From the NCBI GenBank assembly GCA_013203625.1, contig JABMPX010000005.1:2305-66304 (forward strand): a stretch of DNA of 64,000 nt, read 5' to 3'. Under the pieces are notes generated by a model. The model worked only from the letters and a program-made list of their open reading frames with translations. It had not been told where the DNA came from and made no database searches. Shown here piece by piece: positions 37,651 to 48,029 of the stretch (positions within the stretch are counted from its first letter, which is position 1; each line of letters opens with the position of its first letter). Position numbers and translations under genes: made by a program. Source of the DNA: Parcubacteria group bacterium. Its GTDB lineage: Bacteria > Patescibacteriota > Minisyncoccia > Portnoybacterales > UBA2143.

Positions 37651-39066
37651 ATGAAACGAATTTTAAGCGCAAAAACAATTGAAAAATCGGGTGAAGAGGT
37701 TAAATTGAGCGGCTGGGTTCATAATCGACGGGATCATAGCAAGATTATTTTTATTGACTTGCGTGATAAAAGCGGATTAATTCAGCTTGTTTTTTTGCCT
37801 GCAAACAAAGAATGTTATGAATTAGCTAATTCTTTAAGAAACGAATGGGTGATTGAAGTGATTGGCCAGGTCAATAAACGGCCAAAAGGAATGATTAATG
37901 AAAAAATTCCCACTGGACAAGTAGAAATAGAAGTTAAAGAACTAAAAATATTAAATAAAGCTAAAACTCCGCCTTTTGAAATTAACGAAGAGCAAGATAA
38001 AGACAAAAAAGAAGTCAATGAAGAAGTTCGGTTAAAATACCGTTATTTAGATTTACGGCGCCAGAAAATGAGAAATAATTTAGTTATCCGGCATAAAGTC
38101 ATTAAACTAATCAGGGACTTTATGGATAAGAAGGGCTTTATTGAAATAGAAACGCCAATTTTAACTAAATCAACGCCAGAAGGAGCCAGGGATTTCTTAG
38201 TTCCAAGCCGTGTTCATCCAGGGAAATTCTATGCACTGCCGCAAGCTCCGCAGCAATTAAAACAATTATTAATGGTTGCTGGCATGGAAAAATATTTCCA
38301 AATTGCCCGTTGTTTTAGAGACGAAGATTTACGTGGAGACCGTCAGCCTGAATTTACCCAGTTAGATGTTGAAATGTCTTTTATTAAGCAAAAAAATATT
38401 TTAAATCTAATTGAAAAATTAATTATTAAAATTGTTAAAGAATTAGTTTCTTTTGACAAAAATTTATCTAAAAAACTTACTTTTAATCCATTTTTACGGC
38501 TTGATTATCAAGAAGCAATTAAAGAATATAATACTGATAAGCCGGATTTGCGAGAAAATAAAAAAGACCCCAATGAATTAGCTTTTGTTTGGGTCTTAAA
38601 TTGGCCGCTTTTTGAATGGAATAGCGATGAAAAAAGATATGATTCCTGCCATCATATTTTTACTGCGCCCAAAGAAAAAGATTTGCCTTTATTAGATAAA
38701 GAACCATTAAAAGTTCATTCATGGCAGCATGATTTAGTTCTTAATGGGAATGAAGTCGGCGGAGGAAGCATTAGAATCCATCAAGCAGATATTCAGGAAA
38801 AAATATTTAAACTGGTTGGCTTAAAAGATGAAGAGATAAAAGAAAAATTTGGCCACTTGCTTAGAGCATTTGAGTACGGAGCGCCTCCTCATGGAGGGAT
38901 TGCTTTAGGGCTTGACCGCTTTTTAATGACTCTTTTAAATGAAAAAAGCATTCGTGAAGTGATTGCTTTTCCTAAAACAGGCGATGCGCAGGATTTAATT
39001 ATGGAAGCGCCTAATAAAGTTAGTCCAGAACAATTAAAAGAATTGAGTATAAAAATTGATTCTTAA
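37651..39066 (+). CDS. aspS: Aspartyl-tRNA synthetase (short form, probably non-discriminating)
   Basis: FIDLRD, YRYLDLR, CFRDED.RGDRQPEFTQLD, GAPPHGG.ALGLDR. Confidence 0.96.
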   Translation: MKRILSAKTIEKSGEEVKLSGWVHNRRDHSKIIFIDLRDKSGLIQLVFLPANKECYELANSLRNEWVIEVIGQVNKRPKGMINEKIPTGQVEIEVKELKILNKAKTPPFEINEEQDKDKKEVNEEVRLKYRYLDLRRQKMRNNLVIRHKVIKLIRDFMDKKGFIEIETPILTKSTPEGARDFLVPSRVHPGKFYALPQAPQQLKQLLMVAGMEKYFQIARCFRDEDLRGDRQPEFTQLDVEMSFIKQKNILNLIEKLIIKIVKELVSFDKNLSKKLTFNPFLRLDYQEAIKEYNTDKPDLRENKKDPNELAFVWVLNWPLFEWNSDEKRYDSCHHIFTAPKEKDLPLLDKEPLKVHSWQHDLVLNGNEVGGGSIRIHQADIQEKIFKLVGLKDEEIKEKFGHLLRAFEYGAPPHGGIALGLDRFLMTLLNEKSIREVIAFPKTGDAQDLIMEAPNKVSPEQLKELSIKIDS

Positions 39067-39077
39067 GATTAATTACA

Positions 39078-40004
39078 ATGCTAACTAAATTTTTAATAAC
39101 CATTTCTGTTATTTTCAATCCTTTGTCTTTTGTTGTTGGACATTTGTCCAATTCTGAAACTCCTATTGATTTTTCAGAAATTTCAACTGGAAATTATGCG
39201 TCAATTCTAGCAATATCTTCTCATACCAATCCTAATTTTCTGCCTATTCGTAATTGGAATATAGCTGAACCAGAATTTGAAACAAAAGCAGCTTTAATTT
39301 TTGACAAAGAAAAGAATAAATTTCTTTATCAAAAGAATATTGATTATGTTCTACCGATTGCCAGCTTAACCAAATTAATGACTGCTTTGATTACTTTAGA
39401 AAACATTGATATTAATGAAATAGTTATTGTTTCTAAACAAGCGATTGCTGGTTATGGGGACATAGGGGATCTTGCAGTCAAAGAAGAAATTTCTGTTGGA
39501 AATTTACTTCATGCCTTATTAATGGAATCAAGTAATGATGCGGCAATTGCATTGGCAGAAGCGGTTCAGCAAAACCAAAATAAGAATTTTATTAATTTAA
39601 TGAATCAAAAAGCTCAAGAGCTGGGCTTAAAAAATACTTTTTATACTGATCCCAGCGGATATGAACCAACTAATGTTTCTACTGCCGAAGAAATTGTAAA
39701 ATTAATTGAATATAGCTTTAGCCAGCCATTTATTTGGCAAGTTTTAAAAACGCTAAATATTAGCTTGTCTTCAGCTGACGGGCAAATTCATCATTATTGG
39801 GTTAATACTGACAAACTGTTAAATCGCATGCCAGGCGTTCTTGGTGGTAAGACCGGTTATACTGAAGAAGCTCAAGGCTGTTTATTTTTAGTAATTGAAC
39901 AAACGAATTCAGAATATTTAATTAGTGTTGTTTTAGGAGCCCAAGAAAAATTTTTAGAAACAGAAAGATTAATTAATTGGGTTAAAAAAGCATACATATG
40001 GTAA
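39078..40004 (+). CDS. D-Ala-D-Ala carboxypeptidase (S11)
   Basis: ASLTK (SxxK), SSND, GKTGYT. Confidence 0.9.
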   Translation: MLTKFLITISVIFNPLSFVVGHLSNSETPIDFSEISTGNYASILAISSHTNPNFLPIRNWNIAEPEFETKAALIFDKEKNKFLYQKNIDYVLPIASLTKLMTALITLENIDINEIVIVSKQAIAGYGDIGDLAVKEEISVGNLLHALLMESSNDAAIALAEAVQQNQNKNFINLMNQKAQELGLKNTFYTDPSGYEPTNVSTAEEIVKLIEYSFSQPFIWQVLKTLNISLSSADGQIHHYWVNTDKLLNRMPGVLGGKTGYTEEAQGCLFLVIEQTNSEYLISVVLGAQEKFLETERLINWVKKAYIW

Positions 40005-40008
40005 AATT

Positions 40009-41067
40009 ATGCCTGATATTTTTTACATTTCACGTATTTTAGGTTTAGGCGCAATATCTTTCATTATTGCTTTAGCATGGACACCGATTTTAATTTATTT
40101 TCTTGATAAATATCGATTAGGCAAGCAAATCCGGTCTGAAGGAGCGCCTATTTTTAATAAATTTCACAAGAAAAAACAAGGAACGCCAACCATGGGTGGT
40201 ATTTTAATATGGGGAACTGTTCTTTTTTTAACTTTGCTTTTTTGGTGGTTAGCTCAAATAGGCGAGGGGACTATTTTAGAAAAGTTAAATTTTTTAACTC
40301 GCAAAGAAACTCTTTTGCCTTTAGGCGCGTTAATTGCTTCTGCTTTGGTTGGTTTTGGAGATGATTTGCTTGGAATTTTTAAAAAAAGCTCTAAAAGAGG
40401 CGCTAAAGGAGGCGGTTTGAAAGTACGGCACCGTCTTTTGATTTATACATTTATTGCTGGCTTTGGCGCTTGGTGGTTCTTTTGGAAATTAGAATGGGAT
40501 TTAGTACATGTTCCTTTTGTTGGTGATTTTAATGTTGGCTGGTGGTATATCCTTATTTTTATTTTTATTTTAGTAGCTACAGCTCATTCAACTAATCTAA
40601 CCGATGGATTAGATGGATTAGTTGGAGGTGTTCTTTTAATTGCTTTTGCTGCTTATGGGACAATTGCTTTTTCACAGGGGAAAATGGACTTAGCAGTTTT
40701 TTGCGGAGTGATTATTGGGGCGCTTTTAGCTTTTCTTTGGTTTAATATATATCCAGCTCGTTTTTTTATGGGTGATACTGGAGCAATGTCTTTAGGAATT
40801 ACATTAGGAATTATTGCGATGCTAACCAATGCGTTTTTGCTTCTTCCTTTTATCGGATTTGTTTTAGTTATGGAATCATGTTCAGTTATTGTCCAGCTTT
40901 GTTCAAAGAAAATCCGAAAGAAAAAAGTTTTTCTATCCACCCCGATTCATCATCATTTTGAAGCCAAGGGCTGGCCAGAAACAAAAATAACAATGCGTTT
41001 TTGGATTATTAACGGAGTCATGGCAGTAATTGGATTGATAATAGTTTTTATAGAAAAGATTGTGTAA
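40009..41067 (+). CDS. mraY: Phospho-MurNAc-pentapeptide transferase
   Basis: KQGTPTMGG, NLTDGLDGL, FMGDTG, PIHHHFE. Confidence 0.97.
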   Translation: MPDIFYISRILGLGAISFIIALAWTPILIYFLDKYRLGKQIRSEGAPIFNKFHKKKQGTPTMGGILIWGTVLFLTLLFWWLAQIGEGTILEKLNFLTRKETLLPLGALIASALVGFGDDLLGIFKKSSKRGAKGGGLKVRHRLLIYTFIAGFGAWWFFWKLEWDLVHVPFVGDFNVGWWYILIFIFILVATAHSTNLTDGLDGLVGGVLLIAFAAYGTIAFSQGKMDLAVFCGVIIGALLAFLWFNIYPARFFMGDTGAMSLGITLGIIAMLTNAFLLLPFIGFVLVMESCSVIVQLCSKKIRKKKVFLSTPIHHHFEAKGWPETKITMRFWIINGVMAVIGLIIVFIEKIV

Positions 41068-41070
41068 TTT

Positions 41071-42483
41071 ATGAAAATTAAAGATTTTAAAAATAAAAAA
41101 GTAACTATTATTGGATTAGGATTGCATGGCGGAGGAGTTGGTTCAGCTAAGTTTTTTAGCATGGCTGGAGCTAATGTATTAGTAACTGATTTGAGAAATA
41201 AAGAGGAATTAGCTGAATCAATAGAAAAACTTAAAAAAGAGCGTATTAAATATGTTTTAGGTCAGCATCGTCCAGAAGATTTTATTAATACTGATTTAGT
41301 TATTAAAAATCCAGCTGTTTCAGATAAATCAAAATATTTAGAAATAGCCAGAGAAAACAAAGTGCCTATTGAAACAGATATCGGCATATTTTTTGAACTT
41401 TGCCCAGCGCCAATTATTGGAATTACAGGGAGCAGAGGCAAATCAACAGTTAGTACTTTAACTGCCAGATTTCTTAAAAAGAAATATTCAGAAGTGATTT
41501 TAGCTGGTAATATCCGTTCTTCAGTTTTAGGAAAATTAAACAAAATTGATAAAAAGAGCATAGTTGTCTTAGAGCTTTCAAGTTGGCAGTTAGCTGGATT
41601 AAAATCACATAAAAAAAGCCCTTATTGCGCTTTAATTACCAATATAATTCCTGATCATCTTAACAAATACAAAGATATGGATCATTATATTAGAGATAAA
41701 AAGAAAATATTTAGATGGCAGAAATCCAAGGATTATTTAATTCTTAACCATGATGATGAAAGAGTAAAAGATTTTAAAGAAGAAGCTAAAGCGCAAATAC
41801 TATATTACAGCCAAGAGAACAAAGAAGAATCTGATTTTCAAGGAAGCTTTATTAAACAAGAGAAAATATATTTTAATTTTGAAGAAGTATGTTCTTTAAA
41901 TGAAATTAAATTAAAGGGAAGACACAACATCAGCAATGTCTTAGCTGCCATAACAATAGCTAAATTATATAATGTTTCTAATAAATCAATACAAAAAACT
42001 TTAAATAAATTTAATGGAATAGAAGGACGATTAGAATTAATTGATATTGTTAATGGAGTTAAATATATTAATGATACAACAGCAACTATTCCAGAGGCCT
42101 GTTTAGCAGCTTTGGATTCATTTTCTAATAAAAACATTGTTCTTATTGCTGGCGGAGCTGATAAAAAATTGGATTTTACTGAATTAGCTAAAGTAGTTAT
42201 TAAAAGAATTAAAGCAATAATACTTCTTAAAGGAAGCGCTACAGATAAACTTAAACAAGAAATTGAAAAAGAAATGAAATTAAATAATCAACAATTAGAA
42301 ATAATAGGGCCCTTAGACAATATGGAACAGGCTGTTATAGAAGCCACTGAACAAGCTAAAAAATTTGAGGAAAGTATTGTTTTACTTTCACCAGCTTGCG
42401 CCAGTTTTGGTCTTTTTAGACACGAATTTGAAAGAGGAAAATATTTTAATGAAGCTGTTGCTTTATTAAAAAACAAGCATTAA
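41071..42483 (+). CDS. murD: UDP-MurNAc-L-Ala--D-Glu ligase
   Basis: GITGSRGKST, LELSSWQL, NDTTAT, LLSPACASF. Confidence 0.95.
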   Translation: MKIKDFKNKKVTIIGLGLHGGGVGSAKFFSMAGANVLVTDLRNKEELAESIEKLKKERIKYVLGQHRPEDFINTDLVIKNPAVSDKSKYLEIARENKVPIETDIGIFFELCPAPIIGITGSRGKSTVSTLTARFLKKKYSEVILAGNIRSSVLGKLNKIDKKSIVVLELSSWQLAGLKSHKKSPYCALITNIIPDHLNKYKDMDHYIRDKKKIFRWQKSKDYLILNHDDERVKDFKEEAKAQILYYSQENKEESDFQGSFIKQEKIYFNFEEVCSLNEIKLKGRHNISNVLAAITIAKLYNVSNKSIQKTLNKFNGIEGRLELIDIVNGVKYINDTTATIPEACLAALDSFSNKNIVLIAGGADKKLDFTELAKVVIKRIKAIILLKGSATDKLKQEIEKEMKLNNQQLEIIGPLDNMEQAVIEATEQAKKFEESIVLLSPACASFGLFRHEFERGKYFNEAVALLKNKH

Positions 42484-42493
42484 AAAATTAATT

Positions 42494-43582
42494 ATGAAAG
42501 CTCGTCAGCCTGATTATATTCTTGTTTTTACTGTATTCGCCCTGATTATTTTTGGGTTATTTATTCTTTCCAGCGCTTCATTAGTTATTTCCAATGAAAA
42601 ATTTGGGCAAAGCAATTATTTTTTAAAACATCAACTATTTTACAGCTTGCCCTTAGGATTGATTTGTTTTTTTCTTTTTCAAAAAATTAATTATAGATAT
42701 TGGAAAAAAATTATATTTCCCTTATTAATCGCATCGTTGATTTTATTAGCATTAGTTTTTGTACCTGGGATAGGCAATGATACGGGAGCTAAAAGATGGA
42801 TTTATTTAGGATTCTCTGTGCAGCCATTTGAAATTGTTAAATTGACCTTCATTCTTTATCTGGCTGCTTTGTTAAGTAAAAGAGAAAATGGAGACAAAAC
42901 GATTAAAGAGAGTTTAGTTCCTTTTTTAGTCGTTACTGGCATTATTAGCATATTAGTTCTTTCTCAGCCTAATATGAGCGCTTTTATGATAACTTTTTTA
43001 ATTGCCGGCCTCATTTATTTTCTAGCTGGAGCAAGATTATCATATTTAGCAGCTATTGCTGGGTTGGCTTTAGTCAGTTTTTTTGCTTTAATAAAGATGG
43101 CTCCTTATAGAATGAAACGATTAACTGTTTTTCTTCATCCTGAAATTGATCCGCAAGGCATAGGATACCAAATTGACCAAGCGCTTTTAGCTATTGGGTC
43201 AGGCGGACTTTTTGGATTAGGTCTTGGACATAGTATTCAAAAATGGAAATATCTTCCTGAACCAATCGGCGATTCTATTTTTGCTATTATGGCAGAAGAA
43301 TTAGGATTCATTGGAGCTGGAGTATTAGTTATCCTTTTTGTTATTTTGGCTTGGCGCGGTTTTAAGATTGCCAAAAATTCTTCTGATAGATTCGGTTATC
43401 TTTTGGCTGGGGGAATTACTGGTTGGTTGTTTTTTCAAGCGTTTATTAATATAACAGCTATTTCTGGATTAATTCCTTTGACTGGCATACCTTTGCCTTT
43501 TATTAGTTACGGGGGGACAGCTTTAATTATTTCATTGGCTGGAGCAGGAATATTAGTTAATGTATCTAAATATACTAAATAA
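42494..43582 (+). CDS. ftsW: SEDS peptidoglycan polymerase FtsW
   Basis: GAKRWI, QPFE..K, GYQ, LPEPIGDSIF, TGIPLPFISYGG. Confidence 0.93.
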   Translation: MKARQPDYILVFTVFALIIFGLFILSSASLVISNEKFGQSNYFLKHQLFYSLPLGLICFFLFQKINYRYWKKIIFPLLIASLILLALVFVPGIGNDTGAKRWIYLGFSVQPFEIVKLTFILYLAALLSKRENGDKTIKESLVPFLVVTGIISILVLSQPNMSAFMITFLIAGLIYFLAGARLSYLAAIAGLALVSFFALIKMAPYRMKRLTVFLHPEIDPQGIGYQIDQALLAIGSGGLFGLGLGHSIQKWKYLPEPIGDSIFAIMAEELGFIGAGVLVILFVILAWRGFKIAKNSSDRFGYLLAGGITGWLFFQAFINITAISGLIPLTGIPLPFISYGGTALIISLAGAGILVNVSKYTK

Positions 43583-43649
43583 ATTTTTAATTTTTAATTT
43601 TTAATTTTATAAATAAATCTTAAATCTTAATTTTTAAAAATTAAATTCT

Positions 43650-44768
43650 ATGAGAATTTTATTTACTGGTGGTGGCACAGGTGGACATATTTTTCCTATT
43701 GTTGCCATAGCCAGACAATTGAAGTCTATTTGCCCAAGTCAAGAAATTGACTTAGATATGTTTTTTTTAGGATCTAACGGCTTTACTAAAGAACTTTTAG
43801 AAAAAGAGGGAGTTAAGGTTAAGACCATTTTAGCTGGTAAATTCCGACGCTATTTTTCTATCTATAACATTTTTGATTTGTTTAAAATTCCTATTGGGCT
43901 TTTGCAATCTTTTTGGCATCTTTATATTTTGATGCCAGATATTGTTTTTAGCAAAGGGGGATATGGCAGCGTTCCTGTTATTATGGTGGCTTGGCTTTAT
44001 AGAATCCCTATTTTAACTCATGAATCAGATGTTCTCCCTGGATTAGCAAATCGTTTAGCGTCTAAATTATCAAAGAAAATTGCTATTTCTTTTGCTCCTA
44101 CTGAAAAATATTTTTCTCAGAAGAAAACTACTTTAATAGGCAATCCAATTCGTTTGGAAGTTATTGAAATTTGCCTTTCATCTAATCAAGAGAATAGAGA
44201 AAAGGCAAGAAATATGTTTAAAATAATCAGCCAAAAGCCAGTTATTTTTATTCTTGGCGGGAGCCAAGGAGCTCAAAAAATAAATGAGTTGGTTTTAGAA
44301 AGCTTGCCAAAGCTTTTGGAAAAATACGAGATTATTCATCAATGCGGTGTCAAGAATTATGAAAATATTTTGAAGAAGATAAGTAAGTTGCCGGTTAATT
44401 ATCATGTTTTTCCTTTTTTGGATGAGGAACAAATGTCTTTAGTTTATTTCTTGTCTGATTTAGTTGTTTCCAGAGCTGGAGCTGGGAGTATTTCTGAAAT
44501 TGCAGCTTGCGCCAAACCAAGTATTTTAATTCCTTTGCCGAAATCGGCTTCAGGGCATCAAAGAGAAAACGCTTTCAATTATGCTAAGGCAGGCGCAACT
44601 ATTGTTTTAGAACAGTTTAATTTGACTACAAATCTATTCTTAAATGAAATTGATAAAATTTTAGATAATCCTGAATTAGTTCAAAAAATGTCTGATAATG
44701 CCAAAGAGTTTTCTCGTCCAGAAGCAGCTCAAAGAATCGCCAAGGAAATAATCGACATGGGGAAATAA
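43650..44768 (+). CDS. murG: MurG glycosyltransferase
   Basis: GGGTGGHIFP, GGYGS, GNPIR, GGSQGA, HQRENA. Confidence 0.97.
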   Translation: MRILFTGGGTGGHIFPIVAIARQLKSICPSQEIDLDMFFLGSNGFTKELLEKEGVKVKTILAGKFRRYFSIYNIFDLFKIPIGLLQSFWHLYILMPDIVFSKGGYGSVPVIMVAWLYRIPILTHESDVLPGLANRLASKLSKKIAISFAPTEKYFSQKKTTLIGNPIRLEVIEICLSSNQENREKARNMFKIISQKPVIFILGGSQGAQKINELVLESLPKLLEKYEIIHQCGVKNYENILKKISKLPVNYHVFPFLDEEQMSLVYFLSDLVVSRAGAGSISEIAACAKPSILIPLPKSASGHQRENAFNYAKAGATIVLEQFNLTTNLFLNEIDKILDNPELVQKMSDNAKEFSRPEAAQRIAKEIIDMGK

Positions 44769-44772
44769 TATT

Positions 44773-46161
44773 ATGGCAGAAAAACAACAAATTAGAGTTA
44801 GATTTGCGCCTAGTCCAACCGGCTTATTCCATATTGGCACAGCCAGAACAGCGCTTTTCAATTATTTATTTGCTAAAAAGAATAAAGGCGAGTTTATTCT
44901 GCGCATAGAAGACACTGACTTGGAAAGGTCTGAAAAGAAATATGAAAAAGATATCATAGAGAATTTAGAATGGTTAGGATTAAAATGGGATGGGGAAATA
45001 TATTATCAAAGCAAACGCACAGAGATTTATGAAAAATATATTAAAAAACTTTTAGATTCAGGCCAGGCATTCTGGTGTGATCATACTAAAGAAGAATTAG
45101 AAAAAGAAAAAAAAGAACAAGTAGCTCTTAAACAAGCGCCGAAACATATTTGTAATCGCAGGAATAAAGCAAAACAAGGAATTATTAGATTCCATTGCCT
45201 GGATGAAAAAATTACCTTTAATGATTTAATCAAAGGAAAATTGGAATTTAATGGAGGATTGTTAGGGGACATAGGAATTGCAAAGAATGAGAAAACTCCT
45301 TTATATAATTTAAGCGTAGTGGTTGATGACGCTGAAATGAAAATTAGCCATGTGATTAGAGGAGAAGACCATATTTCTAATACTCCCAAACAGATTTTTC
45401 TTTATCAGGCCCTTGGTTTTGATTTACCTGAATTTGCTCATTTACCATTGATTTTAGGGTCAGACAAAAGCAAGTTGAGTAAGCGGCATGGGACTGTTTC
45501 GGTTAAAGAATACGGAAAACAAGGATACTTGCCAGAAGCTTTAATAAATTTTATGGTTTTTCTTGGATGGCATCCTGGCAATGAAGAAGAAATTTTTTCT
45601 TTGAAGGAGTTAGAACAAGAATTTTCATTAGAAAAAATAAATAAATCAAATGCGATTTTTAATATTGATAAGCTTAATTGGTATAATGGCCACTATATTA
45701 GAAAAATGGATTTAGATGAATTAACAAAGAAATGTTTGCCGTATTTAGAAAAAGAAACTGATTTTGAATACATTAAAAAAGTAGTTGCTTTAGAACAAGA
45801 ACGAATAAAAAAACTGTCTGAAATAGGGGAATTAACTAAATTCTTTTTTATTGATAAACTTAATTATGAGCCAGAATTGCTAATTTGGAAAAAAATGACT
45901 CTAAAAGAGGTTAAAAATAATTTAGAGATATTACAAGAGAAATTGTCAAAAACAGGAGATTTTAGCCAAAAATCACTTGCGCGAACATTGTCTGCTCTAA
46001 CTGAAAAACACGGCACTGGAGAGCTTTTATGGCCTCTGAGAGTGGCTTTATCAGGCCAAAAAGCCTCTCCTGGACCCTTTGAAATAATGGAAGTTTTAGG
46101 CAAAGAAAAGACCTTAAAAAGGATTAAAGAAGCGATTAATAATGAAATCAAAAATATATAA
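44773..46161 (+). CDS. gltX: Glutamyl-tRNA synthetase
   Basis: RFAPSPTG, HIGT, LRIEDTD, RGEDH, KLSKR. Confidence 0.97.
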   Translation: MAEKQQIRVRFAPSPTGLFHIGTARTALFNYLFAKKNKGEFILRIEDTDLERSEKKYEKDIIENLEWLGLKWDGEIYYQSKRTEIYEKYIKKLLDSGQAFWCDHTKEELEKEKKEQVALKQAPKHICNRRNKAKQGIIRFHCLDEKITFNDLIKGKLEFNGGLLGDIGIAKNEKTPLYNLSVVVDDAEMKISHVIRGEDHISNTPKQIFLYQALGFDLPEFAHLPLILGSDKSKLSKRHGTVSVKEYGKQGYLPEALINFMVFLGWHPGNEEEIFSLKELEQEFSLEKINKSNAIFNIDKLNWYNGHYIRKMDLDELTKKCLPYLEKETDFEYIKKVVALEQERIKKLSEIGELTKFFFIDKLNYEPELLIWKKMTLKEVKNNLEILQEKLSKTGDFSQKSLARTLSALTEKHGTGELLWPLRVALSGQKASPGPFEIMEVLGKEKTLKRIKEAINNEIKNI

Positions 46162-47428
46162 AATTATTTTAACTGCGTTTTTAATTTTCCCCTTAATTAG
46201 CAATGGAGGATTGATTGATGATATTAATCAACAAATTGTAGAACAGGAAGTCAAACGCGCAGAATTAGAAAAACAGGCGCAGGAGTATCAAGAAGTAATT
46301 GATCAAAAACAAGGGGAGATAAGGAGTTTGAATAATCAAGTTGCTATTTTTAACGCTCGAATAAACAAATTGCAAGTAGAAATCAACATTACGGAAGATG
46401 ACATTGCTCAGACCAAATTAAGAATCCTTTCATTGGAATATGGCATAGAACAAGCAGAAGAAGATATTTTTGAACAAAAAGGCAATTTAGGCAAAATCAT
46501 ACAAGTTATTGCTGAATTTGATCAAACCAGTCAAGTAGAAATGATTTTAGCTAGTGAGGATTTTTCTGATTTTTTTAATCAATTAACTTATTTAGATAAT
46601 CTTCAAAATGGAGTTAAGGAAAAAGTTGATAATCTTAAATTTTTAAAGCAGACATTAAGTCAAGATAAGGAAAGTAAAGAAGAAAAGAAAGAACATTTAG
46701 AAGAACTTAAACAACAATTAGATAGCCAGAAATGGTCTTTAGCAGGACAAAGAAACTCAAAAGAAGATCTTTTAAAATATACTAGCGGAGAAGAAAGCGA
46801 GTATCAACAATTGCTGGCTAATATTGAAGCGCAAAAAAGGTCTTTATTAGGAGATATTAATCGTTTACGCCAGCAAAAAGCAGTTGAATTAGCTCGTTTA
46901 AAAGAATTACAGGAAAAACCTCCTTCAGAATACTGGGCTTCGCTTAATTGGTATTATCGCCAAGATGATTCTCGCTGGGCCAAAACAACTATTGGCATTA
47001 GCAATTCAGAATTAGGAGATTATGGCTGCGCTATTACTTCAGTAGCCATGATTTTAAAATATTATGGCGTTAGCATTACGCCTAAACAATTAGCCAAAGA
47101 ATCCATTTTTTCTTGGGATTTAATTTATTGGCCAAGAAAATGGGGGAGTGTTCAATGCATGAATTGTCCGCCGCCACATGTTTCTTCTTTTGACTGGTTT
47201 CGCTTAGATCGCGAATTGGGAGCTGGCTATCCAGTAATAGTTTTTGTTAAAGCAGTAGGGCGTGGAGCAGGACATTATATTATAATTCATCATAAAACAA
47301 AGGATGGCCGTTATGTTGTTCATGATCCGCTTTTTGGCGCTAATATTTATTTAGAATCAACCCAGGTTTATATCTCAAACCTGTATGAAACTACAACTAT
47401 TTTAGATCAAATGATTATATATCACTAA
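46142..47428 (+). CDS. Secreted coiled-coil (PcsB/CwlO-like) protein with C39-like cysteine peptidase domain
   Basis: Long coiled coil; YYRQDDSRW..GCAITSVAM..GHYII..HDP. Confidence 0.8.
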   Translation: MKSKIYKIILTAFLIFPLISNGGLIDDINQQIVEQEVKRAELEKQAQEYQEVIDQKQGEIRSLNNQVAIFNARINKLQVEINITEDDIAQTKLRILSLEYGIEQAEEDIFEQKGNLGKIIQVIAEFDQTSQVEMILASEDFSDFFNQLTYLDNLQNGVKEKVDNLKFLKQTLSQDKESKEEKKEHLEELKQQLDSQKWSLAGQRNSKEDLLKYTSGEESEYQQLLANIEAQKRSLLGDINRLRQQKAVELARLKELQEKPPSEYWASLNWYYRQDDSRWAKTTIGISNSELGDYGCAITSVAMILKYYGVSITPKQLAKESIFSWDLIYWPRKWGSVQCMNCPPPHVSSFDWFRLDRELGAGYPVIVFVKAVGRGAGHYIIIHHKTKDGRYVVHDPLFGANIYLESTQVYISNLYETTTILDQMIIYH

Positions 47429-47440
47429 AAAATATAAATT

Positions 47441-47896
47441 ATGCGTTATATTATAATCTTACTAACAATTTTATTACTGCCGTATTTTGTCTCAGCTGAA
47501 GGAATAAAGATGTCTGATTTAGAAATTCCAGACTTATTAAATTGGTTAGACAATGCTTATGACAAAACTAATCAAAAAATTCTTAATCCAGTAAAGCAAT
47601 TTATTGATACATCTATTGATTTGATAAAAAAAGAGAATATAAAGGGAAAAAGCGAAGAGCTTTTAGATAAAACTGAAAAAGCAATTGAACAAAAACAAGA
47701 AGAATTAGTTGACCAAGCGCAAGAAAAAGTTAAACAAGAAGTTAAAAAAGGCGCTAAAAATTGGCTAAAGAGGAGATTAGAATCAGTTGAACAGACCCTG
47801 GCTCCCCTAAAAAATAAAATTCAGAAGGGGAGAGGCCTATTAAGAGAACAAGTTTATAAACTTAAAAATTATTTAAATAATTGGTTAAAAGGATAA
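47441..47896 (+). CDS. Hypothetical secreted helical protein
   Basis: Signal peptide then amphipathic helices. Confidence 0.65.
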   Translation: MRYIIILLTILLLPYFVSAEGIKMSDLEIPDLLNWLDNAYDKTNQKILNPVKQFIDTSIDLIKKENIKGKSEELLDKTEKAIEQKQEELVDQAQEKVKQEVKKGAKNWLKRRLESVEQTLAPLKNKIQKGRGLLREQVYKLKNYLNNWLKG

Positions 47897-47932
47897 AACA
47901 TGATAGAGATAATGAATAGGGAATAGAGTAGG

Positions 47933-48012
47933 TTATCCACAAATGAAATTGACAGCATTAGAGCTGCTTATTATAATAGATATATAGTCGCATAATATAC
48001 CTTAATACACAT
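47933..48012 (+). promoter_or_regulatory. xer promoter with DnaA box and dif-like site
   Basis: TTATCCACA 47933-47941; TTGACA 47949-47954, 17 bp, TATAAT 47972-47977; TAGTCGCATAA-TATACC-TTAATACACAT 47985-48012. Confidence 0.65.
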
Positions 48013-48029
48013 TTAATATATTTAAATAT

